Assembly: GCA_000708835.1 (NCBI GenBank)
Contig: DF236960.1
Span: 152,982-216,981 of the forward strand
Reading direction: 5' to 3'
DNA length: 64,000 nucleotides
DNA from: Klebsormidium nitens
Taxonomy: Eukaryota; Plantae; Klebsormidiophyceae
Shown piece by piece: positions 51,546 to 63,950 of the stretch. Positions within the stretch are counted from its first letter, which is position 1. Every line of letters starts with the position of its first letter. The notes under the pieces were generated by a model. The model saw nothing but the letters and a program-made list of their open reading frames with translations. It was not told where the DNA came from and did not search any database. The position numbers and the translations under genes are program-made.

Positions 51546-54500
51546 ATGGCTTCTGCTCTGCGCCTCTCGCTGCTGTTCATCGCCTCCGCCGCGGTCCTGT
51601 CTGGCGCCGCCGCGCAGCAGATCAACATCCGGGTTAACGTGCAATGCTTGAACGTGCTGGACAACAGCCAGATCGCCAACATCCCCGGGCTCAATGTGGG
51701 TGTGATCCAGGTCATCGCGGCGGCCCTCGGCGGGCCCGGCCAGGCGCCGTCGGCGCTGTTCTTCAACAGTGAGTTTCGCAGTCTTGCGCTGGACAGATTG
51801 TGGATAGTGTCTTCAGCAGTGGACTGAAATTGGGATTCTAGGGTGTATTTGATTTTCTGGGCTGCACTAGTAGCTATGAGTGGTATGGAAACACGCTCTG
51901 ACTTGTGCAAAGCTCGCAAGCTTCTGATCTGGTCACTAGGGCGGGTTGTTCCTCTTCTGGGTGAATTTGATTTCCATTCCGAGCCCGGCCTCGGAAGATT
52001 TCATCTGTGGCTGAATAGGAGTGGGCTTGAAGTTTCTGGATGGGTAGGAGTGGGACTAGTACTTTCTGAACAGTGGATTTTGTCACGAAATGTGTGAAGT
52101 TGGATAAGCATGCATGTGAGAATTGGGTGGTTGAGAAGCGGTGACGTCAAGCTGCTCAGTATGGGAATTCCAAGCAGCCTGCTCATGGCATCTCTCCCCA
52201 TGTTGAGCTGTGGACTTTTCTAATCACAGACGAAATATTGAGGCTTCCGGCTGAGTGCTTGCATATCAAGTTCGGCTTTCTGAGCAGCCAGACTCCTTAG
52301 GCCAACAACTCACGTCAAACCCGCTATTTACCCTGTTCAGCGTGCGCTAACCATCCCTCCGCGTCTCCCTCGCAGGCGGCAGCAGCACCAATAACTGCAC
52401 CAACAACCAGAACTTCAACAGCAACTCCACGTGCAGCTCCGCCATTGGCCCGATCAACCTGGGCGTCTTGGGACAGGGTACTCTCATCCCTTGCTTCAAT
52501 CAGCCTGCTACCCCCGCCCCCACCGCAGGGGGCCGCAAGATGCTGCAGCAGGTTAACGTTCCGGTTACGGTTCAGTGCCTTAACCTGCTGAACAACAACC
52601 AGATCGCCAACATCCCCGGGCTCAACGTGGGCATCATCCAAGTCATCGCGTCCGTGCTCGGCGGTCCCGGCCAGGCCCCGTCTGCGCTGTTCTTCAACAG
52701 TGAGTCGCTTGGCTATGCTGCAAATTTTCACCGACACAATCGCTGGTCTTCTGCATGTCTGAGCTGGACTTATGTCACAGATGCAGAAAAAGTCAATGTA
52801 AAGAATGCACACTGTAGCTATTGCTAAAGCTGTGGTCTTTCAATCGTGTAAGTGTATGAGTAGAACGTACCTGGCTTCACACAATGAAGTCAAATCTTCG
52901 CTCGTGCTTTAAACCCATCATCCTTGGGGTGAAGCATTGTTCGGCCTTTACCGGAAGTCTTCAGGAGAAATGTGCTAGGTTCTATTGAGTACCTGGAATC
53001 GGATTTGTAAGGAGTGCGATGACCCTTCAGTCACCAAGCATTTAAGAACATTCTAAGCCGTCCTCTTACTCCTCTCGCGCAGGCGGCACCAGCACCAACA
53101 ACTGCACCAACAACCAGAACTTCAACAGCAACTCCACTTGCAGCTCTGCCGTTGGCCCGATCAATCTGGGTGTTCTTGGCCAGGGAACTCTTATCCCCTG
53201 CTACAACGCGCCCGCCACCCCCGCCCCCACCGCCGGTGGCCGCAAGCTGCTGCAGCAGGTTAACGTCCCGGTTACGGTCCAGTGTCTTAACCTGTTGAAC
53301 AATAACCAGATCGCCAACATCCCCGGGCTGAACGTGGGTGTCATCCAGGTCATCGCTGGGCTGCTTGGCGGGGGTGGCCAGACCCCGTCTGCGCTCTTCT
53401 TCAACAGTGAGTTTCTCAAAACTACTTCGAAGTGTCCATTCGCTAGCTTATCTCTTTGATGTGTCTGGGGCCCATTTCACGATCTGTGCACCTCATGTTC
53501 TGCTCGCTATCTCAAATGGTTAGTGGCGAAAGTGACAAGTTCTTAGCTCCGCAACACTCTGTTGCTAGCATATTCTTTCATCAAAACCAAGTGTAATTCA
53601 GCAATCAGTCATTCTGCAACGGTTTTGCTGAACATTTCGACTTGTGCCTTTGACTTCTGAGCAGAACAACAATATTCTGCACTTGCCGTGCGACACACAC
53701 TGTGACATTCTCTGTGACTTGTCTCGATACTTATTCTCTGTGACTCGTCTCTCAGACCGAACATGAACGCAACGAAAACGAAAGCGCAGTGACTGATCCG
53801 TCTTCTTTGTCCCTCGCAGGCGGCACCAGCACCAACAACTGCGTCAACAACCAGACCTTCAACAGCAACTCCACCTGCAGCTCCGCGATCGGTCCCATCA
53901 ACCTGGGCGTCTTGGGGCAGGGCACTCTCATCCCTTGCTACAACCAGCCCCCTGCCGGCGGCCGCAAGCTGCTGCAGCAGGTTAACGTGCCGGTTACCGC
54001 CCAGTGCGTTAACCTGTTGAACAACAACCAGATCGCCAACATCCCCAACGCGATCGTGCAAGTCATCGGAGTTGTCGCCGCGGTGGGCGGTGCTGGCCAG
54101 GCCCCGTCCGCCATCTTCTTCAACAGTAAATTTCTCGCACCTTGTCTAAAAGCTTTTGTATAGTTAAAACCCGTACCAAAGACTGTACTGACGTCCAATC
54201 TCATGCTTCGTGTTCGAGAGCTGTTTTGACGAAGAGCTTTGTCAGATTGGATATGTCTCTTGGATAAGACGTAATTCTGCAGAGCGCCTAGTCTTCCTAC
54301 TTGGTCAAGTTTTTCCATATGAATATTTTGAAAGCTCCGTCGGCAGTAAATGACAGTGGTCTTCCAGTCTACAGAGCGTCCGGTCACATATCACTGTTGA
54401 TAAGTGTAGCTTTTTGTAGCAAGGAGTAACGATCTGTTTTCCTCGTCCAGTGTGCAAACTTATTCACGCCGCCTTTCTTGTCTTGGAAACGACAACTGTT

Positions 54501-55545
54501 CAGAGCCCAAATCAGGTGACATAGTCTGTTACTGTGAAGTCTTTCTCTACGTAAACTCGACATCTCTACGTAAACTCGACATACTCCGATTCCAGCTGTG
54601 AACTAATTCTCCACATCTCTTGATCTCTTTCTTGCTCACCTCGCAGCCGGCACCAGCACGAACGACTGCACCAACAACCAAGACTTCAACAGCAACTCCA
54701 CGTGCAGCTCCGCCATTGGCCCCGTCAACCTGGGCGTTCTCGGCCAGGGCTCTCTCATCCCCTGCTACAATGAGCCCCCCGCCGGCGGCCGCAAGCTGCT
54801 CCAGCAAGTCAACGTGCCCATCACCATCCAGTGCGTGAACCTGCTGAACAACAACCAGATCCTCAATCTCGCGAACCTGAATGTGGGCGTCATCCAGCTT
54901 ATCCTGTCCGCGCTGGGCGGTGGAGGCCAGACCCCGACCGCCGTCTTCTATAACAGTGAGTCGCACAGTAACCTGACTACTCATGTTCGCGAATTTCGTA
55001 GCATTTGGGTGGTCGTTGTCCAAGCTGTGGTAGTGTGGTATCTTCTGCAATCAACCTTGACGATGATCAAACCTTAGTTTGCCGGCCCACCTTCTCTACA
55101 TATGCGCACACTACTTGCACTTTGGCACCTTCCGAACTGTATACAAATACACTCAGAAACATGCAGAGCAAATCGAAGTTCGAAGTTATCAACTGCATCT
55201 TTCATTCCGAAACGCTTTCAGAAATATGATTCACTCTTCTTGCTCGAAATGCTTTCGGAAATGTGATTCACGATTCTTGCTCTTCCCCAGCTCGACACCC
55301 ATTGGCGTTGGAATTTTTTGATCTAGAGAAAGCGAAGAATTCCTGTCTTTTGAGTGTACTTGCTCTGACACTTTGGATCCATCTAACCTACGGTGTTCAC
55401 CCGACTCGTTTCAGCCGGCACCTCCACCAACAACTGCCAGAACAACCAGGAGTTTACCAGCAACAGCAACTGCTCCTCCGCAGTCGGCCCCGTCAACCTT
55501 GGCGTTCTCGGCCAGGGAACTCTCATCCCTTGCTACGGATCTTGA
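51546..55545 (+). CDS. Secreted polyprotein: signal peptide + five Asn/Gln-rich 4-Cys modules separated by RK(L/M)L sites (~538 aa, 6 exons)
   Basis: Exons 51546-51768, 52376-52699, 53083-53406, 53820-54125, 54647-54955, 55415-55545; all introns are phase 1 at the same position in the repeat. Signal peptide MASALRLSLLFIASAAVLSGAAA. Module consensus QQVNVPVTVQCLNLLNNNQIANIPGLNVGVIQVI..LGG.GQ.PSALFFN(S/T)GTSTNNCTNNQ.FNSNSTCSSAIGPINLGVLGQGTLIPCYN..(linker)GGRKLL. Strong C-ending codon bias. Confidence 0.9.
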
Positions 55546-58279
55546 ATGCACATCTCTTGTGGTAGACTTAAATATTTTCCTACGCTGGAAGTAGATTGCA
55601 AACGAGATCGTCAGAAGTGTGAGGAGACGAAGAGAGTGACATTTTTGTCACGGTCAAAATTGATGGTATACGGCTTTGGAAATGGAATAAAGACGGAACC
55701 TGTCTGCGTAGAGGTAGTGTACATGCCCGCTAACGGAGCGCACGCGTAGACTTGATTCGATAAGCTGTTACATGACGACAAGGATTAGGGTAGGGAAGAC
55801 CCCCTGCCCGTTCCGATTTTGAACGTTAGTGTACGATCCGTTTTTGTTAGAAACACTTGACATCATTACAACAGAATGCTCTGTAAAACACCCGTGGAAT
55901 GAACTTTTGTTAACACAGTCACACGTGGACGAATTTCGTACGTGAGTATGGTGATACACCGCATTCGCCACTTCTTTCAGCATAAAAGCCAATATGGGCG
56001 TGCTCATACAATCGAAATTTGTATGAGCAAAAGTAGTTCAATGAACAAACGTGGCATATCAATCGTAGCCTGAAAGAATTGTCTTGTAACAACTTCGTGG
56101 AATATGATTGTGAAATGTCACAATGTTCTCATCGTGCCTACATTTGACAGTGCGTATGGTTAAACATGTCATCCAACACTGTCTGACGACCAAAATGGAT
56201 ATCTTTGACTTACATGTCAAACGTCAGATTGAAGGGATAACCACAGGTTGTCCAGATGAGATACTACGTACGACATTTACAAATCTATTTGGCAGTACGC
56301 ACCACTGGATCTGAAGAATGTTAATACCTCGCACTTTCACTTAGAGGTGTCCATTCAAATCTGCACCAGACCTACTTTTATTACTTTCCTGCTTCTGCTC
56401 TGGCGTTTCAGCCGGAATCTACTCTCGCCCTTCCGTACCGTTCTGCTTCCAAATTTCCGCCCAGCCCGGCCAGGCTCCCACCCCACCACCGCCCGCAGAA
56501 ACCGACGTCCCTCGTCTCCCTGAACTTCGCACCTGCCGACTCGGAATTGCGCGCGCGAGCGTTCCTGGCATGCCCGGTGCAGTCCACCGACGTGAAACGT
56601 GCCTCGCCGCCCCATAGCTGCCCACCGCAAGGTTGACATCACGTTCAAGGGGGGCGAACCAAGCAGAGGTTGTAGCCCCCCTCTGGGGCTACCCCTAAAA
56701 CCAGCCACGTCCCTTTCGGGCTGCCGACCGGAGCAGAATTCGTTGGAAGGCTAATTTGGCTTCTGCAGAGGGGGGAAACCGAAGCGGGAAATTGCCCCCC
56801 AGCGAGAGGCAACAGTTGACTTTTGGAACTTTCTCGGGGGGCGCTTCGGCCCGAGACCATGACCCCCCGCTCGTTCCCTGCTCCTGCGCACCCGGACTTC
56901 CGATCCCTAAGAGGCATTTCTGGCCGAGTTGTTTTCGAAAGGGATGAAGCAGGCGGATCGAGAAGCGGGCCCCCGGTCAGAGGTGGGAGCCCGAATGAGA
57001 TCTTTCAGGGGGGCGATGTTGACCGGAGGTCGGCCCCCTCGCTAGAAGCCCACGACGTTCGCTGAAACTGCGGACTGTCCAACAGGTTCCGGACGCAGGA
57101 GTCGACGTCCCCGGACAGAATGCTGTCCCAGTCTAGTTGCGCTAAGGTCCTCCAGGCTTTGCTTCGTGGGCTCTCCCCTCTCTAGTTCTTCTTTCTCCTT
57201 TCCCTTTCTCCGGGTCTTCACTGTCCGATCCCCTCCACTCTACTTCTCGCTTCATCCGTTCTGCCGTTGGTGGGTCTTGATCCGATCTCCCTCTCCCTTC
57301 CAGTCCCCCTTCCAGTTGTTCTCTCGCTTCCAGTTCTTCTTCCCTCCGTGTTCTCCCATCTCTAGTTCCTCTGTTCGCTCTCCCTTCTCCACCTCTCCTC
57401 TACCCATCTTCTTTTCCGCTGGCTCTTCTCCGCCGCCCTTCAGGCCCGTGCTTGTTTCCACTGACGGGTCACCCTCAAAGGCATCCACAATTCCAACGGC
57501 CGGTTGCCAAAGCTTCCATTTCGGTCCAGTCTTGAATCCTGTTAAGCCCAATTACACGGACCCTCCTGAGATCGAGGATCTCCAAGTGAGCTCAACATCA
57601 TTTAGCGAATTTTTCTTTATGCAAATTCTCAGGTAACGTTTGCATCGCCCCTTCCATGCAAGGCAAACGCCTCTGAGCTTCGTGTGTGAGCTGCAGCCAT
57701 GACGTCAGAGTATCTATCTTCCGACGCAGGAATCTGTTGCCAAACGCTTGCTTAACATTATGCAAGAAGAGGTCAAGAGTCTCGAACCAAATCCTGAGGA
57801 AGGGCTGTTTCGGATGGTCTCAATAAGTCAAAGACTCGAGTCGTGGCTGAAGCGATGCAGGAGCACTCCGACCTAGAGCTTCGTTCAATTTGCGCTTAAG
57901 CCTTCACCTACCTGACCTCTTTTCCAGAACTATTACCACAATTCAGCCTCCTGTTTTTTTCGAGGTGACTTGCCTGTGGTCCAAATCATGTCCATTCAAA
58001 CACTTCCTTCTACCAAGAACAGTATCTTAAAAAAAGTCCATCATATCTTATTGCGTGTTTCTTTCTACTTCATCAGAGCGACTTACGTAAAAGGAAGTCT
58101 AATATCATTTTTCTCTTGAGTCACACTGGCCTTCGAACCTGTCGTCTACCGTCCCCTTATACCGAACCGGCGTTCACTGACGCCCATTCCGCAACGGACG
58201 CAGTCACTCTGCGCTCATTGGACATCCTGCGCTCTGCGGACGCTTTACGCTCTGCGAACGTCCGTTTCTCAGTGGACGC

Positions 58280-58440
58280 AAACCCTCCGCTCATCGGCCG
58301 TCCGTTCCTCACCGGACCCAGAAACCCTGCGCGCATCGGACGTCCGTTCCTCGACGGAATCAAACCCTCCGCTCATCGGACGTCCGGACCTCACCGGACC
58401 CAGAAATTCTGCGCTCACCGGACGTCCGACGCTCTGCGAA
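58280..58440. repeat. Degenerate ~42-bp minisatellite
   Basis: c(c/g)gc(t/g)catcgg(a/c)cgtccg..cctc(a/g)ccgg units, about four copies. Confidence 0.75.
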
Positions 58441-60539
58441 CGGTGGCTCCCCCGGAGGAACCACCGTTCAGGGGGACGTTGTCGGGGCAAACCTGGGGAG
58501 AGTCAACATACCAAGATTCTACCAGGGAAAGACTAACAAAGTCAACCCCCGAAGAATTTGCCGACCAGGTTTGTGTTCGGGAAAGGCCATCTCGGTTAGC
58601 CTCAGGAGAAGCAACCGGCCAAAGTTTTGTCGGGGAAATACCATCCGAGTCGGCCTCGGCGGAAATTACCGACCACAGGAGCGCTTCCGCGTTCAAAAGA
58701 TGGCAGGGAGCTGTCTTCTAGTTGCCCGGACAAACCACCGGGCATCGGAGGGAGCTCTCTAGAGCTTGAGCTCCGCTCGCGCCCAGGGCAAACCGCCCGG
58801 CTCAGTCCCCCGGGCTCGAGAAAAGTGGTAGAGGGCGAGAAAGAGGAGTAATCGCACGAGGAGCGAGCACAGGCGACTGAGGTTACAAGCCAGCCGGCAT
58901 CTCAATCGCCTGTGCGGGCTCCTTCTTCGGAAGCCCTGGTGCCTCTCGGTCGTATGAGGCCGAGTGACTGAGCCGGGCACTTTTGCCCTGGTCACGAGCA
59001 GAGCGAGGGATCCCTCAGCCGGGGAACCTTCAACTGGGCGAACGCTTGGGCCGTACGGATGAGGCTCCGATTGGCGAGCAGCCATTTTCGGGCGGATCTC
59101 AGCGAGCAGACATTCAGATGACAGTGAAGTGACTTACGATCCGAATCCCCAGAAGGTGCCGTTTTTAACAAGGGAGTGGTTGCTTCTGCTGAAAGGACTT
59201 CGCAGTCCTCAGAAGACGCGGCCGCCCCGCGCACCGTGCGCGGCGTACCAAACGCGCGCGCGCGCCGAAAACCTCGCGCTTGAAGGATGGAGGGCTGTCA
59301 GAAGGCAACGGAAGCAGGGGTGTCCGACGTCAGGGACATGATCCGGTACTGGTCAGGGTCGGGCCGGACGCGGATTCCGGAAAGGTTGCAGGCGACAGAG
59401 GAATCAGAACCGAGAGCGACGCCGATCCTGAGGGGAGCGAAAAGCGTTAGGTTCAGGGAGAGGAACGCCCAGCGGAGTCCGTTGGGAGCTTGTAGAAAAT
59501 GGGCCGGAATGATCCGGCCTCAGCTGCCGACTTGGACGTTTCAAAAGGCCTTTTGAGTGGAGAAGCCCGGACGCCGTAATCGCCGTTGGGCAGGCAAGAG
59601 ATGGACGAAGAGAGGGGCCTTCTGGGCTTTCCGAGGAAACCGGAAGGGAACGGGGGGAAGCTGAAAACGCAACGGTGCGAAGGCACGTCGGAAAGCATCA
59701 ATCCGAAAACAAGAAGTTGCTTATCAAGGGAGTGAAGAGATGGCAGAGCCACGTAGCGGTAGCGGTTCTTCAGAAAGCGAGGAATCGACAAAGACACGTG
59801 GCAAGATAAGAGATCCGGAGAGGGCCCTGCGCGCGCTTGAAACAAAGAGCGCGGACGGAAACGAGATGGCCGGCAGTGGTTAGCCGGTGGGACACGTGGC
59901 ACCAGCACAGGACGCTTACGTAGGTGCCTTAAAGGCCCAGGGTGCCAGTGCTCGGGAGGAAGAGACCGGTCACTCTGCTGCAGAGGAAGTAAGCCGGAGG
60001 ATGGCCGGTGGGGAGCTACCGGGGGTGGGAATGAAACAACGGAAGCGGAGAATGGAGATTGGAGTGGAGAAGGCCGCGAATAACGAGGACGTGGCAGAGC
60101 GGAGCGTTCCGGTCGCAGTAAAAGCAGCGAAATTGCAGAGGACGGAGGCGGCCGGGAACGGCGCAAAAACGGCGGAGCGGAGCGTTCCGTTCGCAGGAAA
60201 AATAACGAAACGGACGGAACAAACTCTGGGACGTCTCGCTGTCTCCGCGAATCTGAGAACGACCCGCGGGGCTACTGGTGCTGGGTCCGCGAGACGAACT
60301 GGAGGCCTTTGAGTTTGAGACCTGGGACGGGAATCTGGACGGAACGGAACCCTTTCCGGCGGAACCTGAATCGGAAGTGCGCGACGTATGTGGAAGCATC
60401 ATTCAGGATTCTGGTGAGAGAGTCAGGCTGGATGAACACTGTTTGGTTGAGACCGATTTGGGCGGACTTATCAAACGGAAGCGGTGTGGACGGAACGGTT
60501 GTGAACGGAGTCGTTGTGGGCGGAACAGTGGCGGTGGAA

Positions 60540-60900
60540 ACAGTGTGGCCGATGGAGGCAGGGACGGAACGGAGTCGGACGGAACGAGGTCGGACGGAAC
60601 AAGCCTAGACAGAACCAATCTGGACATAAGGGTTTGGATGAACCTAGTGTGGACGGAACCAGCCTGGACGGAAATAATCCGGACGGAACTGCTTTCGGCG
60701 GATCCAGCTTGGACGAAACCAAACTGGACGGAACCAATCTTGGAGAAAGCAGCCAGGAAACAACCGCTTTGGATGCCAGATTGGACAGAACAAGCTCAAC
60801 CATGGCCAACGCGATCGGAACTATCTGGGCGGAACCAGCTTGGACGGAAGCAGCCAGGCCGGAAGAAGGCGTTTGGAACGGAAACGTGTGCGGCAGAAGT
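60540..60900. repeat. Degenerate 15-bp minisatellite (GGACGGAACCAGCCT-like)
   Basis: Repeated ggacggaac cores at ~15-nt spacing, reading (xxLDG/DGT)n in one frame. Confidence 0.75.
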
Positions 60901-63833
60901 GGGCCGGAATCTGGCGGAACGTCCTCGTCGCAGAAGCTAAAGTTGGAAGGGGGTGCGGAGGAAAGGGCCGTGTCCGCGAGGAAGGCGGAACGACGTTCCG
61001 CCGCAAAAGCGGAAGCTTCCGCCATCGCAGCGGACCTGCCGGAGTCCGAGCAGCTCTGAAGCAGGTCATGACACGGATGACTAGCAGTGGGGAGCGGGTT
61101 AAGGTGAGGCTCGTTGGCGCGATTATAATTATTGCGTGGAGGAAGTCTCGACAACCAGCAGTGTTTGGATAGTTGTGTTACAACGAAGATAACTGCCTGT
61201 CTTGACATTTCAGAGGTCGTCTATCGCTTACACGGTTAAAGTCAAGATTGTTCTGTTTGAAATTCAACCCTCAGGAAGTGTACCGAAGGGCTGAAGTGCT
61301 AACCAATCCGTAGAGCTTGAAGCCTTATGATTGAAGAGCACTTGTTGCGTTCAGTCCGAAAATTTTTCTGGATTGTTGCAATAAGATCGGTTCGCGTGGG
61401 TGCTGCAGACCCAGGCAATCCCAAGCCTACTTCTGTGACTTACTATCACGACACAGTGATCATGACCCCCATTCTGTGTTGCATGATAGGCGTTACAGTT
61501 CCAAACCTGAGCCTAGCCTCTACTTACATACGTACTAGTATACAGCGATTGAGCGTTTCCAAAACTTCACCATCTACCGGTATAGCTGGGGAGAACGACA
61601 ACCTTGCCCGGCTTGGCTTCGTCCCGAGCAAACATTACCCTCCGCCCCAGGCTACTCAACGGGACAAACACGACTCCCTTGAGCTTCTCCGTGTTGCCTA
61701 TCAGCTCAGCCCCGCTTTCCAAGCGACTGACTGGGCCCTTAAAACCCTTCACCTCGGCTGCTCGCACTGTGTGGTTAGCCAAGGTACCAGGCTATACAGA
61801 CACCACCCCTTGTTCCCGCAGTTTTCTGGCTTCTCAAGCCCGGCCTCGACCACTTTTCCGCACTCCACGTGGGCCACGTGGGTCCGTCTTTCCGCATCTT
61901 TATCCAACACCCTCCGCCCTTTTCCCCGATCGTTTTGAGGCGCTCGCAGTATCCCATGAAGAACGCCCCGTTTTTTGAGTCTTCGTATTTGCAGCCTTGG
62001 AACCAGCACCGGTAGCAGGGAATGAAGGGGCTCACGGCAACGAATTCGTCCATGGCGTTGAGTTCTGGCCAGCGTGTCCGTTTGCACCCTGAACAGAATC
62101 GCGCGGTGCTGAACCTCGTTGTGCAAGAAGCTATCCCTGAGTTTAACTCCTCCAGACCGAGCACCGGCTCTGTGATCAGAGAAACGCGGTGACGAACTTT
62201 CCAAAACATCGCTTCTTTGTTGAGATTATTGATCTCTACGACGCTCCATCGGCCTCGAAAATATGGAAACGAAAGTCAGGGTCCTGGTTGGAAGGTCTTT
62301 TCAGCTTTTTTCAGCCTTCGTTTTCAGTTTAAATGTTTACTGCAAGCAGAGTTGCCGGGGGAACTAACGCTGACGGCAGGAGAGAAAACAATCTCTCATC
62401 CCGAAGCGGGCGTCCGCATCCGGGGGGCGAAGTTTGGATGGAAATGAGAAAGTGAAGACAACGCCACGAGCGACGAGCGGGAGCGGAAGAGGCAGCAGCT
62501 GAATGAAACTCTCTGCGAGCGGAACAAGGCGAGCGGAACAAGCCGATGACTGGAAGTACTGAAAAGCAGCGGAACTGGACTAAACATAAACGTACTACGA
62601 CTGGATGCGGGCGGAAGTCAAAGCCGAGCAGGAGGTTATGCATACAGGGGCGGACGAAAGGTTCTCAGGGGCGATACGGAGGTCGGACGGATCGAACATA
62701 CGGGCGGAAGCAAATGGATATCGAACGGAAAGGAGGGACGTGTCGTTCCGCGTCGCTGTTCGCGGAACGGCGCGGACAAGAACGCACGGCCGGAACGGAA
62801 CGAAGCTTTGGAGCAGAAAAGAACGTCGTGCCCAAGACGGCAAAGGTCGTCGAGCCTCAGGAGCTTGAAGCAAAACGGAGAGGACACGGAAGAATACAAC
62901 AGAGTGTGAACGGGCGGTCACTGCCCGTGCCACCCGAGGGGATCACCAAACAGCGCATGCAGACGGTTACGAGAATTTGGAGACAGGTGCCAGCAACTTC
63001 AAGAAAATAATCCCAGAGGCTGCGAGAGGGAAGCTGATTAAGAGTAACCCGTTGAAAGCGGAAGCAAGCGAACGCTGAACAGGTTCCGAAATTTTTTATT
63101 GAGAGTTAGGTAAAGGGACCCGGGGGGGGGGAGAAGGAGCAGAAAAAGTAGATTGATGTGAGGGACAAAAAGATGGGAGCCGAAGAGAACTATAAGGACT
63201 TGTGTCGATATCAATCTGGAACTGGTACTACATGGATTCCAAACTTCTCCGCCCGTGCTGTTGAATCGACAGCGCGGTTGGGCGTTCCAGATCATTTGAG
63301 GAGCATCAGATACCAACCTCTCTCCCAGAAATTATAGGAAGTACTAAGTAGCGGCGCGTGGTCCAATCACTTAAATTTCGCATTCAGCCGGTTTCTTACT
63401 GTCATCTTGAGGCGGTATACAAGACACCTCGAAAGGTAAGCAGTCGCTGCATGACGCTCGATCCTGGCGTCAACAATAGGAACAGAGCTCTTCTAAGATG
63501 ACATCAGCGGACCGCACGCGCAAAACAACACCTTCTGAAGGCGAGTAGAACCTTGACGGGGCGGCCTTGCACGAAGTCGTGCCGGAACCCTCTAGATTCT
63601 GATAGCAAAGATCAGAAACCCCAAGAGCGGTCGGAGATTGCTCACCGTCTTCCAGCCGTGCATGAAAGTAGTCCTGCAGCATGCCGGAGAAGTAGGGGTG
63701 CGCGTCGACCGAAAAGCTGCAAAAAGCTTCCCAGTTTTCTTAGCCAATCGGATGGCTTTGAAGATCCACGTGGTAGACCAAGGTACATAACCAGAGGAGT
63801 AATATGGCCTGAAAAGGACCGTACCTCCTACCT

Positions 63834-63950
63834 NNNNNNNNNNNNNNNNNNNNNNNNNNNNNNNNNNNNNNNNNNNNNNNNNNNNNNNNNNNNNNNNNNN
63901 NNNNNNNNNNNNNNNNNNNNNNNNNNNNNNNNNNNNNNNNNNNNNNNNNN
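63834..63950. other. Assembly gap (N run)
   Basis: 117 N. Confidence 1.

Larger units (their letters stand above)
56300..63833. pseudogene. Decayed, repeat-rich coding-like sequence (probable TE relic or pseudogene); family not identified
   Basis: Broken ORFs on both strands, minus-strand donor-like sites (e.g. ~58085, ~59135), minisatellites at 58280-58440, 60090-60220 and 60540-60900, and a Cys/His-rich fragment at 61750-62210. No recognisable RT, integrase or transposase motif. Confidence 0.35.

Noticed and set aside
51546-55545. Calling the repeat protein a true hydrophobin, chaplin or rodlin homologue
   Set aside because: It has four, not eight, Cys per module and no CC pair. Similarity to chaplin/rodlin (VNVPV..C, GTL..PC) is only a few residues, so it is kept as a functional analogy only.
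56300-63833. LTR retrotransposon call
   Set aside because: No LTR pair, PBS/PPT, or RT (YxDD), integrase or gag zinc-knuckle motif was found.
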